From the IMG/VR virus record IMGVR_UViG_3300035101_000015, positions 32,001 through 96,000 of that record: DNA of 64,000 nt; one strand, given 5' to 3'. This document shows positions 47,101 through 55,192 of the stretch, piece by piece. The stretch comes from a virus (Duplodnaviria; Caudoviricetes). The position numbers and the translations under genes are program-made. Positions within the stretch are counted from its first letter, which is position 1. Every line of letters starts with the position of its first letter. Under the pieces are notes generated by a model. That model was not told the DNA's origin and made no database searches. It saw only the letters and a list, made by a program, of their open reading frames with translations.

Positions 47101-50100
47101 CTTCTCCTTGAGCAGGCTGAGGTACTTCACCCGCTTCAGAGCATTGTCGAGCTTCTGGGTGTTGGCTCCATGAGCAAACCCTGAGGGGATGTTGGCAGCA
47201 TGCAAGTCCTTCTTGGCTTGGTCGAGGGCCTTGTCGACGCTGAGCCCTTTCAGCGCGCCGGCGATTGCTGCCCCACCAGTATCACCCTTGCCTAGTGCAA
47301 CGACGTTGCCCTTCTTGTCCAGAGCCTTGTCACCATTGACCACGTCGTTGTACTGCCTACCAGTGAGGCCGAGCACCTTCTGGATGGCACCCTCGAACAT
47401 CGGGTTCGGCATGGGCTCGGCGAGCTTCATGTGACTCCACTTCTTGCCGCCCACACCACCAGTCACCTTCTCGTCGAACAATCCTCCTGGTAGAGGCTTG
47501 AGGTTGCCCTCCTTGTCCACCTTTGAGTAGGTCAAGCGGCTGGGCTGCTTGAGCTCACCCGAGGACATCTTCATCACCTCAGCATCCGTGAGCGGGCTGA
47601 GCTGCATCCGGTGGCCCTTCTTCTCCACATTCACACCGGAGGCACGCAGCATGTCGGTGAACTTGCGGAAGGCGAAGGTGGGCTTGGGAGTAGGCAGTGG
47701 CTCACCTAGCTGGATGGAGTTCCACACCTCATGGTGCTGACTGGGGAACTTCTTCGCCTCGGGTGCAGGGTCGGGGCCCTGGGACTTCCACGTCTGCGCC
47801 TCACGGATGTTGGCCTTCGCTCCATGGGCCAGCAGTACGTTGAGTCCGAGATTGCCGAACGACTGCCCGCCACTCTTGCCTCCACTGGTGGGCATGAGGT
47901 TGACGTCGTAGGTCTCGGGCGTCTCGCCCTTGAGCGTCAGACCAGAGCGGACGCTGACCTTCTTGTCCACCTGGTGCTGCAGCTTGAGCATGTGCTGGGG
48001 TCCAACCAGAGCCTTGCCCAGGCTCTTCCCCGTCCTCGGGTCTACGAGCTCCTCTTGGTCACTCAGGCCGTGCCTCTTGAGCTCCTTCTTCACTCGGTCG
48101 ACCTGGTCCACACCGTGCTCGAAGTTGTCGATGACGATGGGCTTGCCAGTCTTCTTGGCCACCTTGCCCAGTGCTGTCTCCAGCACCTGACCGACGTTCA
48201 TACGTCCGGGCACGCCCGATGGATTGAGGGCCACCTGCACGACCTCGCCGGACTTGGTACGTGGCATCTCCTCGTCAGGTACGACCTTGGTCACGATGCC
48301 CTTGTTGCCATGACGGCCGGTGAGCTTGTCGCCGACCTGCATCTGCTCCTCGGTCTTGACGTGTACGGTGACCTCGCCCTTCTTGTTCTTGTGGACGCCT
48401 ACGACCTTTCCACCGTAGTCGCTGTCCCACTTGAGTGAGGCGTCACTGTGCTGCCCAGCGAGGCTCTTTCGGATGCGAGCGATGCCCGAACGGTCGGTGA
48501 TTTGCACGGGACGTGTCGCCAATACCAGAGGGTCACCTGGATTCACATGCTGACCGACCTTCACCACACCATCATCACCCAGCTTCCCGTACTGCTCCTT
48601 CTTGTAGGACTCCGGGTGCTGCACCTGGAACTTCTTCGGAGCGGTGACGTCCTGGTCGGTGAGCTTCACACTCGGCTTGTGCATGTGCTCGCTGCGCAAC
48701 TTCTTGGCAGCGCTCTCACTGATGACGACGCCATCCTCGAAGTTGTATCCCTTCCAGGGGATGTAGGCGACGTTGAGGTTGGCACCCAACGCCAGCTTGC
48801 CTTTCTTGGTGAAGTTGGTGTCGGCTACAGGCTGACCAGCCTTGACCTTCTGGCCCGGCTTGACCGTGGCCTCGGAGTTGAGAACGGACTTGGCGTCGTT
48901 CAGGGGGAAGTTGTCGTAGAGCTGGACGGTGTGAGCCTTGCCCTTGGAGTCCTTGAGCACGACTCCCTTCTTGGTGACCTTCTCCACAGTCCCATCCACC
49001 GGCGACATGTGCCCAGACTGTCGACCGATGAACTCCTCGAAGCTGCGAACACCCTTGCGGCCCGAGCCGGTGCCAACCTGTACCAGTGGCTCTTCACGGT
49101 CCTTCAAGCTGATGGCCTGCTCGATGTGGTGGGTCGCGTAGCTGGCGCGGTTGCCTGAGTTGTTCCCCATGAAGGGGATGAGGTTGCTCGTCATGCTGAA
49201 CGCCTGCGATGGGTGGAACATCGCGTACTGGGCGTCCTTCATACTCATCTCCTCGAGCTCGTTCGCCTTCGAGGAGACCTTCACCTTTGAGCCTACCGCT
49301 GTGGGTTTGCCACCTTCCCACTTCACCTGGTCTGGCAGAACCACGTTCGACTTGACGAAAGTGCCTGGTCCGATGAGCTCCTTCTTGCCAGTTTTCAAGT
49401 TGTATACCGGAATGCGTGGTTCTTTCCCCACCTTCTTCACACCCATTGGCAAGTGAAGCGTCACGCCAGTCTTCTGGCCCTCAGGGGTATGCAGTGGGTC
49501 AACGAACCCGAAGTGGCTGGGGTTGATGAGCTTCGCCTCATCCATGATGGCGTTCTCGCTCTGAATGCCACCTGGGCCCATGATGGTGGTGGACATCGAC
49601 GAGGCCATCATCTCTACAGGATTGACCTGGTCCGCCACCCGCATCGCCGAGTTCTTCCTGAAGGTGTCCTGCACGGGCTTGTTGAACACCTCACTGCGGA
49701 CGACGTCTCTTGGTGAACTGGCGTTGTTGATTTGCCGCAGCATCTTGTTGCGGATGGACTTGGCCGTCTTCCAATCGGTCAGCTTGTCGTGAGCGTAGTC
49801 GCCTACGCTGCGCAGGTCCTTGAACACCAAGTTGTCCCGGTCGTCCTCTGGCGCGCCGGCCTGGACCTTGAGCATCTTGGAGGTGGCCCTGGTGAAGGCG
49901 TCACCCTCCACTCGGTCGAACTTCTTGCCCAGCGTGAGCTCGGTGGCATCGGGTCGGACCTCCGAGGCCATCAGGGTGTCCCGCACGTACGCCTCGGCCG
50001 CCTCCCTGTCCTTGGGCGCGAACTTGCGGTCGGCCTTGAAGAAGCGCTCGAGCGCGGTACCGGCGCCACGCGCATTCTTGTTGGCCTCGAGGACGTCCTT

Positions 50101-50652
50101 GCCCCATTGCCGCTCGAGCGTGTCATCGTCGACCCCCATCGCCTTCATGATGGGGTAGACGGGGATGCTCTTCGACTTCCCCCGCTCCATAAGGAAGGTC
50201 TTCTTCTCAGGATTGAAAGTGATGTCGAATGCCGGACGGTTGGCGATGTTGAACCTGGTCTCGAGCTCACCACTCTGACGGCGTCGGGTGTAGACCCCTG
50301 GCTTGAGCTGCCACTGGTTGTCAGCCTGGTATTCCTGACCGCCCACGATGTAGCTGTAGCGACGGGTGAGCACGGGCAGCTCCGCCACCTTCATCCGCTG
50401 AGTGGTCTCCTTACCTGTCTTGTGGTCCTTGAGGGCCATGGTGGCGTACACCGGTCGGCTGAAAGTGCCGCCCTCCACCTTGGCCTTGTGCTGACCCTCG
50501 ATGTCATCGGAGTCGGCTTTCTCCATCTGCACGTCCAGGTCCTTCAGGACGAGCGACTGCTCTCGTCCCTCGACCGGGAAGTGGGAGCGGATTCCTTCCA
50601 GCGCCCGCTCCTTGAAATCCGCAAACGCCTCGTCGTGGTCCAGGTACGCCAT
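44191..50652 (-). CDS. DNA-directed RNA polymerase, fused beta-beta' single polypeptide
   Basis: Beta motifs HFGFVDPLHTPEG, GYNFEDGVVISE, GDKLTGRHGNKG, LNPSGVPGRMNVGQ; beta' motifs LPVLPPAMRP, KRDPALHK, catalytic YNADFDGDQM, trigger loop AQSLGERSVQLALKAFHSGG. Confidence 0.95.
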   Translation of the reverse strand: MAYLDHDEAFADFKERALEGIRSHFPVEGREQSLVLKDLDVQMEKADSDDIEGQHKAKVEGGTFSRPVYATMALKDHKTGKETTQRMKVAELPVLTRRYSYIVGGQEYQADNQWQLKPGVYTRRRQSGELETRFNIANRPAFDITFNPEKKTFLMERGKSKSIPVYPIMKAMGVDDDTLERQWGKDVLEANKNARGAGTALERFFKADRKFAPKDREAAEAYVRDTLMASEVRPDATELTLGKKFDRVEGDAFTRATSKMLKVQAGAPEDDRDNLVFKDLRSVGDYAHDKLTDWKTAKSIRNKMLRQINNASSPRDVVRSEVFNKPVQDTFRKNSAMRVADQVNPVEMMASSMSTTIMGPGGIQSENAIMDEAKLINPSHFGFVDPLHTPEGQKTGVTLHLPMGVKKVGKEPRIPVYNLKTGKKELIGPGTFVKSNVVLPDQVKWEGGKPTAVGSKVKVSSKANELEEMSMKDAQYAMFHPSQAFSMTSNLIPFMGNNSGNRASYATHHIEQAISLKDREEPLVQVGTGSGRKGVRSFEEFIGRQSGHMSPVDGTVEKVTKKGVVLKDSKGKAHTVQLYDNFPLNDAKSVLNSEATVKPGQKVKAGQPVADTNFTKKGKLALGANLNVAYIPWKGYNFEDGVVISESAAKKLRSEHMHKPSVKLTDQDVTAPKKFQVQHPESYKKEQYGKLGDDGVVKVGQHVNPGDPLVLATRPVQITDRSGIARIRKSLAGQHSDASLKWDSDYGGKVVGVHKNKKGEVTVHVKTEEQMQVGDKLTGRHGNKGIVTKVVPDEEMPRTKSGEVVQVALNPSGVPGRMNVGQVLETALGKVAKKTGKPIVIDNFEHGVDQVDRVKKELKRHGLSDQEELVDPRTGKSLGKALVGPQHMLKLQHQVDKKVSVRSGLTLKGETPETYDVNLMPTSGGKSGGQSFGNLGLNVLLAHGAKANIREAQTWKSQGPDPAPEAKKFPSQHHEVWNSIQLGEPLPTPKPTFAFRKFTDMLRASGVNVEKKGHRMQLSPLTDAEVMKMSSGELKQPSRLTYSKVDKEGNLKPLPGGLFDEKVTGGVGGKKWSHMKLAEPMPNPMFEGAIQKVLGLTGRQYNDVVNGDKALDKKGNVVALGKGDTGGAAIAGALKGLSVDKALDQAKKDLHAANIPSGFAHGANTQKLDNALKRVKYLSLLKEKGVSPDDAYTVKNLPVLPPAMRPPSIMKDGNVRWEDLNGLYSNFAQNNGQLKELKGKAHLGIGDADLKEHRREMYDGLKALVGVGQSSSEKGTKKAKGVMELISGASPKEGYFQKTLLSRRQDMSMRSTIVPEPGMGLDDVGVPQEKALKLFRPFVVKKMTELGVAPSALEAQEMLTKKGVHRDKNVQRALDMVMEERPLLMKRDPALHKHSIQAFKAHRVKGKAIKIHPLTVSGYNADFDGDQMSMYVPISDEAVEEARGMMPSRNLFNEATGRVAYTPTLESALGLYKMTQVRGTGNRRFGSPADALKAVQSGKLGIDELAQIKGLGKTTPGRALLSTALPKPMQQRVLTDHKFQLNGRGIDELYGELARKHPQEFGDAANKLKDFGFDASYGQIRLKHPGKHVGPGAIDAAENPKKVQTLPVGTHSLSLDDLTPDRKVRDPIIRATQRRVDMINNSGLTKAQKEQRAIAEWGKATTQMQQKHLSGATKNPDNLFRMHDAGIKPKWSQYQQLKLAPMLLEDAAGRTIPMPVTKSYSEGLDVAGYWTQSSGARKGSIQKVQEVQDPGYFSKQLINTTMNMVVNGDDCGTQRGVGLPIGSKDVHDRELATDLKVRGRTFKKGTIMSPDVVGQIRRLDKNAQAVVRSTLKCEHGEGLCQKCAGLSPTGQYYDKGTNVGVLGAQSLGERSVQLALKAFHSGGVKAEGGGTLGMFDRTKQLTLLPKRIPDSASLAMKSGTVDKVETGRTGTNIFIDGMKHFVPKDRTGRSLHTSLPNMQAPGWTPPKVGMKVEAGQQLSDPARTFVNPHDLYKATNNMERVQNYLTDELHGIFKNEGVRRQHIETVVKGMSNLTRVRSPGGASGILKGEYQPTSKVRAVNSQLVKSGKKPITHAPIMKGIDVMPRAMQEDWMAKLNYNRLTKTLTDAAAEGSASDLHGLHPIPGAAYGAEFGMTKKRHHFKAPHLKGLPEWGY

Positions 50653-50691
50653 GGGCTAGTCGATTCTAGCGTACTTCATGGCGGAAAGGCG

Positions 50692-50722
50692 CTGCAAGGA
50701 GTTGATGAACACCGGGATAAGA
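50692..50722 (+). promoter_or_regulatory. Candidate promoter CTGCAA-N18-GATAAGA
   Basis: The same bipartite motif with identical spacing recurs at 54872-54902; both copies head plus-strand units. Confidence 0.5.
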
Positions 50723-50760
50723 GGCGTGAAGGTGGCTCATCCGCCTTTCAGAAAGGAAGC

Positions 50761-50892
50761 ATGTCAGGACCAGGCAACACAGGAGCACTCCTCGAGGACG
50801 AGTTGGACGACATCTACAGTGAAGACGGCCAGTCCGAAGAGGAGGACGAGGAGGACACGGATTCTGACGATGATGACGGGGACGACGACTGA
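50761..50892 (+). CDS. 43-aa highly acidic protein (possible nucleic-acid mimic)
   Basis: AAAGGA RBS then MSGPGNTGALLEDELDDIYSEDGQSEEEDEEDTDSDDDDGDDD. Confidence 0.55.
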   Translation: MSGPGNTGALLEDELDDIYSEDGQSEEEDEEDTDSDDDDGDDD

Positions 50893-50955
50893 TGTGGTTG
50901 CCGTTTCTCGCAGGCGTAGCCCAGGGGGTGACGCTGTTTCTGATGGAGGTAGTCA

Positions 50956-51552
50956 GTGCTTCTCAATCCCATGCAAGGCGTACCCGTCCTGCCAGGGACC
51001 CGAATGCTGACTGAGAGCTTTGGCTTGGTGGGGGTCCTCATCGAGGACCCCCGCCGCGCCGGGCGCAACTGGACCATCACCAACCTGTTCGCGCCCGTCG
51101 GCCGGGCTCTCAACGGCATCCGAGCCAAGCTGGTCGACGAAAAGGGTTTCGTTAGCTTCGTGAACCAACGAGACCTGGAGCTGCTGCTGGACATAGCCCA
51201 GCCAGGCCAGTGGTGCCCCTGGACCGAATCTCGCTACCCCGGCATCAACTCGTTCGAGGAAGGGTGGTTCGGCATCTGCTGTGACGACGATGACCTGCTC
51301 GATGACCTGTACGAGCGAGAGCTCATGCTCCGCCAGCAGTACAACGGGCTCATCCCAGACGGTGTTGAGCTGAGCAGGAGAGTTCATCTCGAAGACAACA
51401 ACGACCAGGAGGAGCTGCTGTTGCTTCTCTGGGACCGTGACCCCGATACCAACTATGCCCCCGACACCAGGATGGAAACTCTGCGACGTCGTTGGGTACA
51501 AGTCGAAAGGAGAAGACTGATATGGTCCAGAGTTTCGGACATGCAGCAGTAG
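50956..51552 (+). CDS. Hypothetical protein
   Basis: GGAGG RBS before GTG; 198 aa. Confidence 0.65.
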   Translation: MLLNPMQGVPVLPGTRMLTESFGLVGVLIEDPRRAGRNWTITNLFAPVGRALNGIRAKLVDEKGFVSFVNQRDLELLLDIAQPGQWCPWTESRYPGINSFEEGWFGICCDDDDLLDDLYERELMLRQQYNGLIPDGVELSRRVHLEDNNDQEELLLLLWDRDPDTNYAPDTRMETLRRRWVQVERRRLIWSRVSDMQQ

Positions 51553-52139
51553 CGAGTGGGCTCGCGCCCATCAACTACGACTCGGAGAAGCTCTGCCCTG
51601 AGTGCGGAAAGAACATCATGCTCACGGAAGCAGCGGTGCTTCTCCAAATCGTGATGCCGACGGCGAACGAGCTTCGCCAGGTACTCTACATGCCGTTCGA
51701 GAGAGCGGACGGTGGGTACGCCTACGAACCCTACTTCTTTCATGCAGAGTGCTGGGCAGCCAACAACGAGGCGCTCGACAAGCTGCTGAGCGAGTACGAC
51801 TGCCACGCAGTACACGACGACCACAGCTTCATGACCTGCAAGCTGTGTTGCAGCGGGCTCCGAGTCGGTGAGCCTGCAGCGCTGGTGTCCCATGGTGAGC
51901 TTCGAGCGAGCCAGCGGTCACCAGACGGCATTCACACGCCGACGTTCTACACCTATCCCAACGGGCGAGAGCTGCTGTGCCTGTCTTGCATCCGCTCGTT
52001 GAATGAAGAAATCATGGGCCTGTGGGACCACATCTCGTATAGCGGTGAGTGTCCCGGTTGTACCTACGACAGAATCTGGCGCACCGGTGCGGTATGCCAA
52101 CACGAGTATGAAGACCCCTCTGATGAGGATGACGAATAG
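51522..52139 (+). CDS. Cys-rich multi-zinc-finger protein
   Basis: CPEC, HAEC, CKLC, CLSC, CPGC; AAGGAG RBS. Confidence 0.7.
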   Translation: MVQSFGHAAVASGLAPINYDSEKLCPECGKNIMLTEAAVLLQIVMPTANELRQVLYMPFERADGGYAYEPYFFHAECWAANNEALDKLLSEYDCHAVHDDHSFMTCKLCCSGLRVGEPAALVSHGELRASQRSPDGIHTPTFYTYPNGRELLCLSCIRSLNEEIMGLWDHISYSGECPGCTYDRIWRTGAVCQHEYEDPSDEDDE

Positions 52140-52151
52140 GAGAACGAACGC

Positions 52152-53339
52152 ATGGCTACATTGGAACAGGTAATCGCCACCTGCCTCATGACTCCGAGGC
52201 ACGACCCCAGGGACGCAGCGTGTGTCTGGGGGTTGCCGCTGAACATCGTGGGGCTCTCTGGAGGCGGGAAGTCCGAGCGCATCGCTCAAGCATGTGCCGC
52301 CGTTGGCCTGCCGCTCTTCGTTGTGTTTCCAGCGTCGAAGCAGCCGGAGGACTTCGGCGGCGCGCCGTTCATGTCAGCAGATGGCATCATCATCGAGTGC
52401 ATTCTCCCTCAAGCCAACAAGCTGCGGGACCTCGGTCAGGGTGTCCTGGCGATTGATGAGCTCAGCACCGCACGTCCTGCAGTCCAGGCGTCGGCGCTGG
52501 GCTTGGTCAACGACCGCCGCGTCGGTGACCATCTACTTCCTCCCAGGGTTCGCGTCGTCACGGCAATGAACCCCACCGAGTACGCCGCCGGTGGCTTCAC
52601 TCTGGAAGCTCCGCTGGCGAACCGCATGATGCACGTCACATACGACATGCCTACCGTGAGTGAGTGGACCGATTGGCTCACTGGGCAACCTCAGCACCAC
52701 CTCGAGAGCGTGGTCAACGCAGAGCAGAAGATTCTGGCAGGCTGGGATGAGCACTGGTCACAACTCCGTGGACTCATGGTTGGGTTCATGGAATCGAACC
52801 AGTCGCAGCTCCACCAGCAGCCCAAACCCGATGACCCAGACGCTAGTGGACCGTGGCGTAGCCCACGCATGTGGCACTGGGCCGGGCGTGGAATCGCTGC
52901 TTCGCGCTGCCTGGGGATGCCTGGCGACATCGAGAACAAGCTCATCGCTGGCTGCGTAGGTGAAGGGGTACTGCCTGAGTGGATTGAGTGGGTCAGCAAG
53001 GCCGACTTACCTCACCCGAGGGACATGCTCCAGAAGAACTGGATGCCGGACACCCAGCGTCTGGACATCACCATGGCCGCACTCACCTCGATGTCGATGT
53101 GGGTCTGCGACATGAAGGACCTGCAGGCGCAGCAGCAGTATGCCATCCCCGCTTGGGGCCTGGTGGACCGTGTGTTCGACGCCGGACTGGCCGACGTCGC
53201 CATGAAGCCAGCGAGCGCGCTGCTCGGCAAGAACCTGGGGCACACCAGCCCCAATCCGAGCTTGAAGCAGGCGGCGCGAGAGGTCATCCTCAAGCTCGGC
53301 CGCAGTGGCTACGCCAAGTTCGCAGGACTCATCCAATGA
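52152..53339 (+). CDS. MoxR-like AAA+ ATPase
   Basis: GLSGGGKS (Walker A), AIDELS (Walker B), AMNP, PLANRM and SPRMW motifs. Confidence 0.85.
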   Translation: MATLEQVIATCLMTPRHDPRDAACVWGLPLNIVGLSGGGKSERIAQACAAVGLPLFVVFPASKQPEDFGGAPFMSADGIIIECILPQANKLRDLGQGVLAIDELSTARPAVQASALGLVNDRRVGDHLLPPRVRVVTAMNPTEYAAGGFTLEAPLANRMMHVTYDMPTVSEWTDWLTGQPQHHLESVVNAEQKILAGWDEHWSQLRGLMVGFMESNQSQLHQQPKPDDPDASGPWRSPRMWHWAGRGIAASRCLGMPGDIENKLIAGCVGEGVLPEWIEWVSKADLPHPRDMLQKNWMPDTQRLDITMAALTSMSMWVCDMKDLQAQQQYAIPAWGLVDRVFDAGLADVAMKPASALLGKNLGHTSPNPSLKQAAREVILKLGRSGYAKFAGLIQ

Positions 53340-54775
53340 GCAAAGCACAACCGACGTACGAGGAGTGTGTCCTCAAGACCAACGACCTACTGGCGAAAGC
53401 CAGGCTCGCGGTGCTGCAAAAAGGGCCGTACTACTCCAGCATCATGTACGCACTCATCCCGGTCTACGTGCCTGGGTTCAGCACCATCGCCGTGACGGAT
53501 GAACTCCACCTCATCGTGGACCCGGTACGCGTGGCGCTCGACCCAGAGTTCAGTGCCGTAGACCAGGACGGCCTACCTCAGAAGCTGGCGGGCACCATCG
53601 TCCATGAATGCAACCACGTCCTTCGGGACATGGAGCGCATCCGTTCCCTAGCCGGAGTGAACAAGGAGCTCGCCAACATCGCAGCCGACCTCCCCATCAA
53701 TGCCGACCTACGAAAGGCCGGCTGGCAGCTACCGGCCTGGGTGGTCTACCCAGACCGGTACGGCTTCCCAGAGGGAGAGACGATGGAACAGTACTTCGAG
53801 CGGCTCATGAAGGACCCGAAGAAGTACATGAAGCAGACCATGCAGATGGTACTCGTCGCCAAGCAGGGCGGCGGTGGCAAGGGGAAGGGCAAAGGAAAGG
53901 GCAAGGGCGGTCAGGACCAGCAACCAGGACAGGGGCAGGGACCTGACAGTGGCCTCGACGTCGGCGCGGGGCAGTGCGGTGGCGTTGCTGGCAACCCGAA
54001 CCCGAAGGAGAACCAGCAGGTGGACCCCAGCAAGAACCCAGGCCGGGGTCCTGCAGAGGTCGACAACGCCAAGCGCAAGACGGCCAGAGATGCCAAGCAG
54101 TACTTCTCTGGCTCAGGCCGTGGTGACTGCCCAGGTTGGGCAGAGGACATCATCAAGTTCAAGAAGCGGCGCGACCGTGACTGGGCGCGTGAGCTTCACT
54201 CGGTGGTACGACGACGCAGCGGCATCATCATGGCTGGTGGTGCCGACTTCTCATTGAGCAGGCCGTCACGACGCTCACTGCTTCGCGATGGATTGCTCCG
54301 ACCCGGTATGGTGGAGCAGCAGCTCACTGCTGCCATCGCCATCGACACATCAGGCTCGATGGGCAAGCAACAACTACAGGCGGCACAGAACACGACCTGC
54401 AACATCATGGAGCAGATTGGGCTGGACACCGTCTGGGTGGTGCAGTGCGATGCACGCGTTCACGGAGATTGGACGCGCACGAGACTTCGAGACGTGTACA
54501 ACATGACCTTCAAGGGGCGTGGCGGGACGGACTTCCGACCCATCTTCGCTCACCTGAAGAAGTTGCGACCGAGGCCGGACCTCATCGCCATCCTGACGGA
54601 CGGTGATGGACCAGCTCCAGCGAAGGCTCCCGTCGGCATCGATACCATCTGGGTCATCGTGCCAACTTCCTACGGGCGACGACCTGCCCCATGGGGGCAC
54701 ATGGTGGTTTGTTCCAACGACCACGGCCTCTCCGACCCGTACTACTTCGACGACGAAGACGAAGATGCCACATGA
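53336..54775 (+). CDS. Metallopeptidase-like + VWA domain protein (DUF2201-type partner of the AAA+ ATPase)
   Basis: HECNH (HExxH), NIAADLPIN, DTSGSM MIDAS, GRGGTDF, LTDG; ATGA overlap with the ATPase gene. Confidence 0.85.
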   Translation: MSKAQPTYEECVLKTNDLLAKARLAVLQKGPYYSSIMYALIPVYVPGFSTIAVTDELHLIVDPVRVALDPEFSAVDQDGLPQKLAGTIVHECNHVLRDMERIRSLAGVNKELANIAADLPINADLRKAGWQLPAWVVYPDRYGFPEGETMEQYFERLMKDPKKYMKQTMQMVLVAKQGGGGKGKGKGKGKGGQDQQPGQGQGPDSGLDVGAGQCGGVAGNPNPKENQQVDPSKNPGRGPAEVDNAKRKTARDAKQYFSGSGRGDCPGWAEDIIKFKKRRDRDWARELHSVVRRRSGIIMAGGADFSLSRPSRRSLLRDGLLRPGMVEQQLTAAIAIDTSGSMGKQQLQAAQNTTCNIMEQIGLDTVWVVQCDARVHGDWTRTRLRDVYNMTFKGRGGTDFRPIFAHLKKLRPRPDLIAILTDGDGPAPAKAPVGIDTIWVIVPTSYGRRPAPWGHMVVCSNDHGLSDPYYFDDEDEDAT

Positions 54776-54781
54776 AGTTCA

Positions 54782-54809
54782 GAGGTTGCGCCCTTCGGGG
54801 CGCTTCCTC
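54782..54809 (+). terminator. Stem-loop after the VWA gene (probable terminator)
   Basis: GCGCCC-TTCG-GGGCGC hairpin with T-rich sequence downstream. Confidence 0.5.
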
Positions 54810-54871
54810 ACTAGCATTGTATTTTCTTCTTGCGCACATGAACCGCGTGTTGTATTTCCTGCGGCCCTGCC

Positions 54872-54902
54872 CTGCAAACTAGGGGGTGACGCAGTGATAA
54901 GA
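54872..54902 (+). promoter_or_regulatory. Candidate promoter CTGCAA-N18-GATAAGA for the Y RNA/ro60 unit
   Basis: Ends 5 nt before the first base of the first Y RNA stem (54908); matches the 50692 element. Confidence 0.55.
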
Positions 54903-54907
54903 ACTTC

Positions 54908-55052
54908 GCAGCAGACCGGAGACTCTGGGTTATCGGTTAGAGCGTTGGGCTCTGCTTCGGCGAGTCCAGAGGTCGCGGGTTCAAGTCCAGCCTCCTTGCC
55001 TCGGCGGGGAGTAGCTCAGTAACAACACCCAGTTTCGTCACTTGTCTGCTGC
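54908..55052 (+). ncRNA. Y RNA (YrlA-like) enclosing a circularly permuted tRNA-like domain opened in the D-loop
   Basis: Terminal stem GCAGCAGAC/GTCTGCTGC with GACCGG/CTTGTC bulged helix. Inside: GGTTAGAGC, a UUCG-capped arm, T-arm GGTTCAAGTCC, closed acceptor CTCCTTGC/GCGGGGAG, then TAGCTCAGT. Confidence 0.8.
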
Positions 55053-55089
55053 TCTGCCTTCACCAGGCTGACTACTTGGTGGAGGCGCT

Positions 55090-55151
55090 GAGCGACCGGA
55101 TGGTGTGGGTTATCGCCAACACAGACATCCACATCAATGAACTTGTCGCTC
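55090..55151 (+). ncRNA. Minimal Y-RNA module in the ro60 leader
   Basis: GAGCGACCGGATGGTGTGG-GTTATC...CCACATCA..ACTTGTCGCTC, followed by TTTTT. Confidence 0.7.
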
Positions 55152-55192
55152 TTTTTACCACTTGCTCCGTACGGAGCCGAAAGGAGTTCATC

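Noticed and set aside
44191-50652. Host chromosomal rpoBC (window being bacterial or a prophage flank)
   Set aside because: No ribosomal protein genes flank it, it is divergent and compact, and it abuts a phage spike gene.
55076-55192. N-terminal extension of Ro60 given by the ORF track
   Set aside because: It runs through the Y module; the AAGGAG RBS and Ro60-like sequence begin at GTG 55193.
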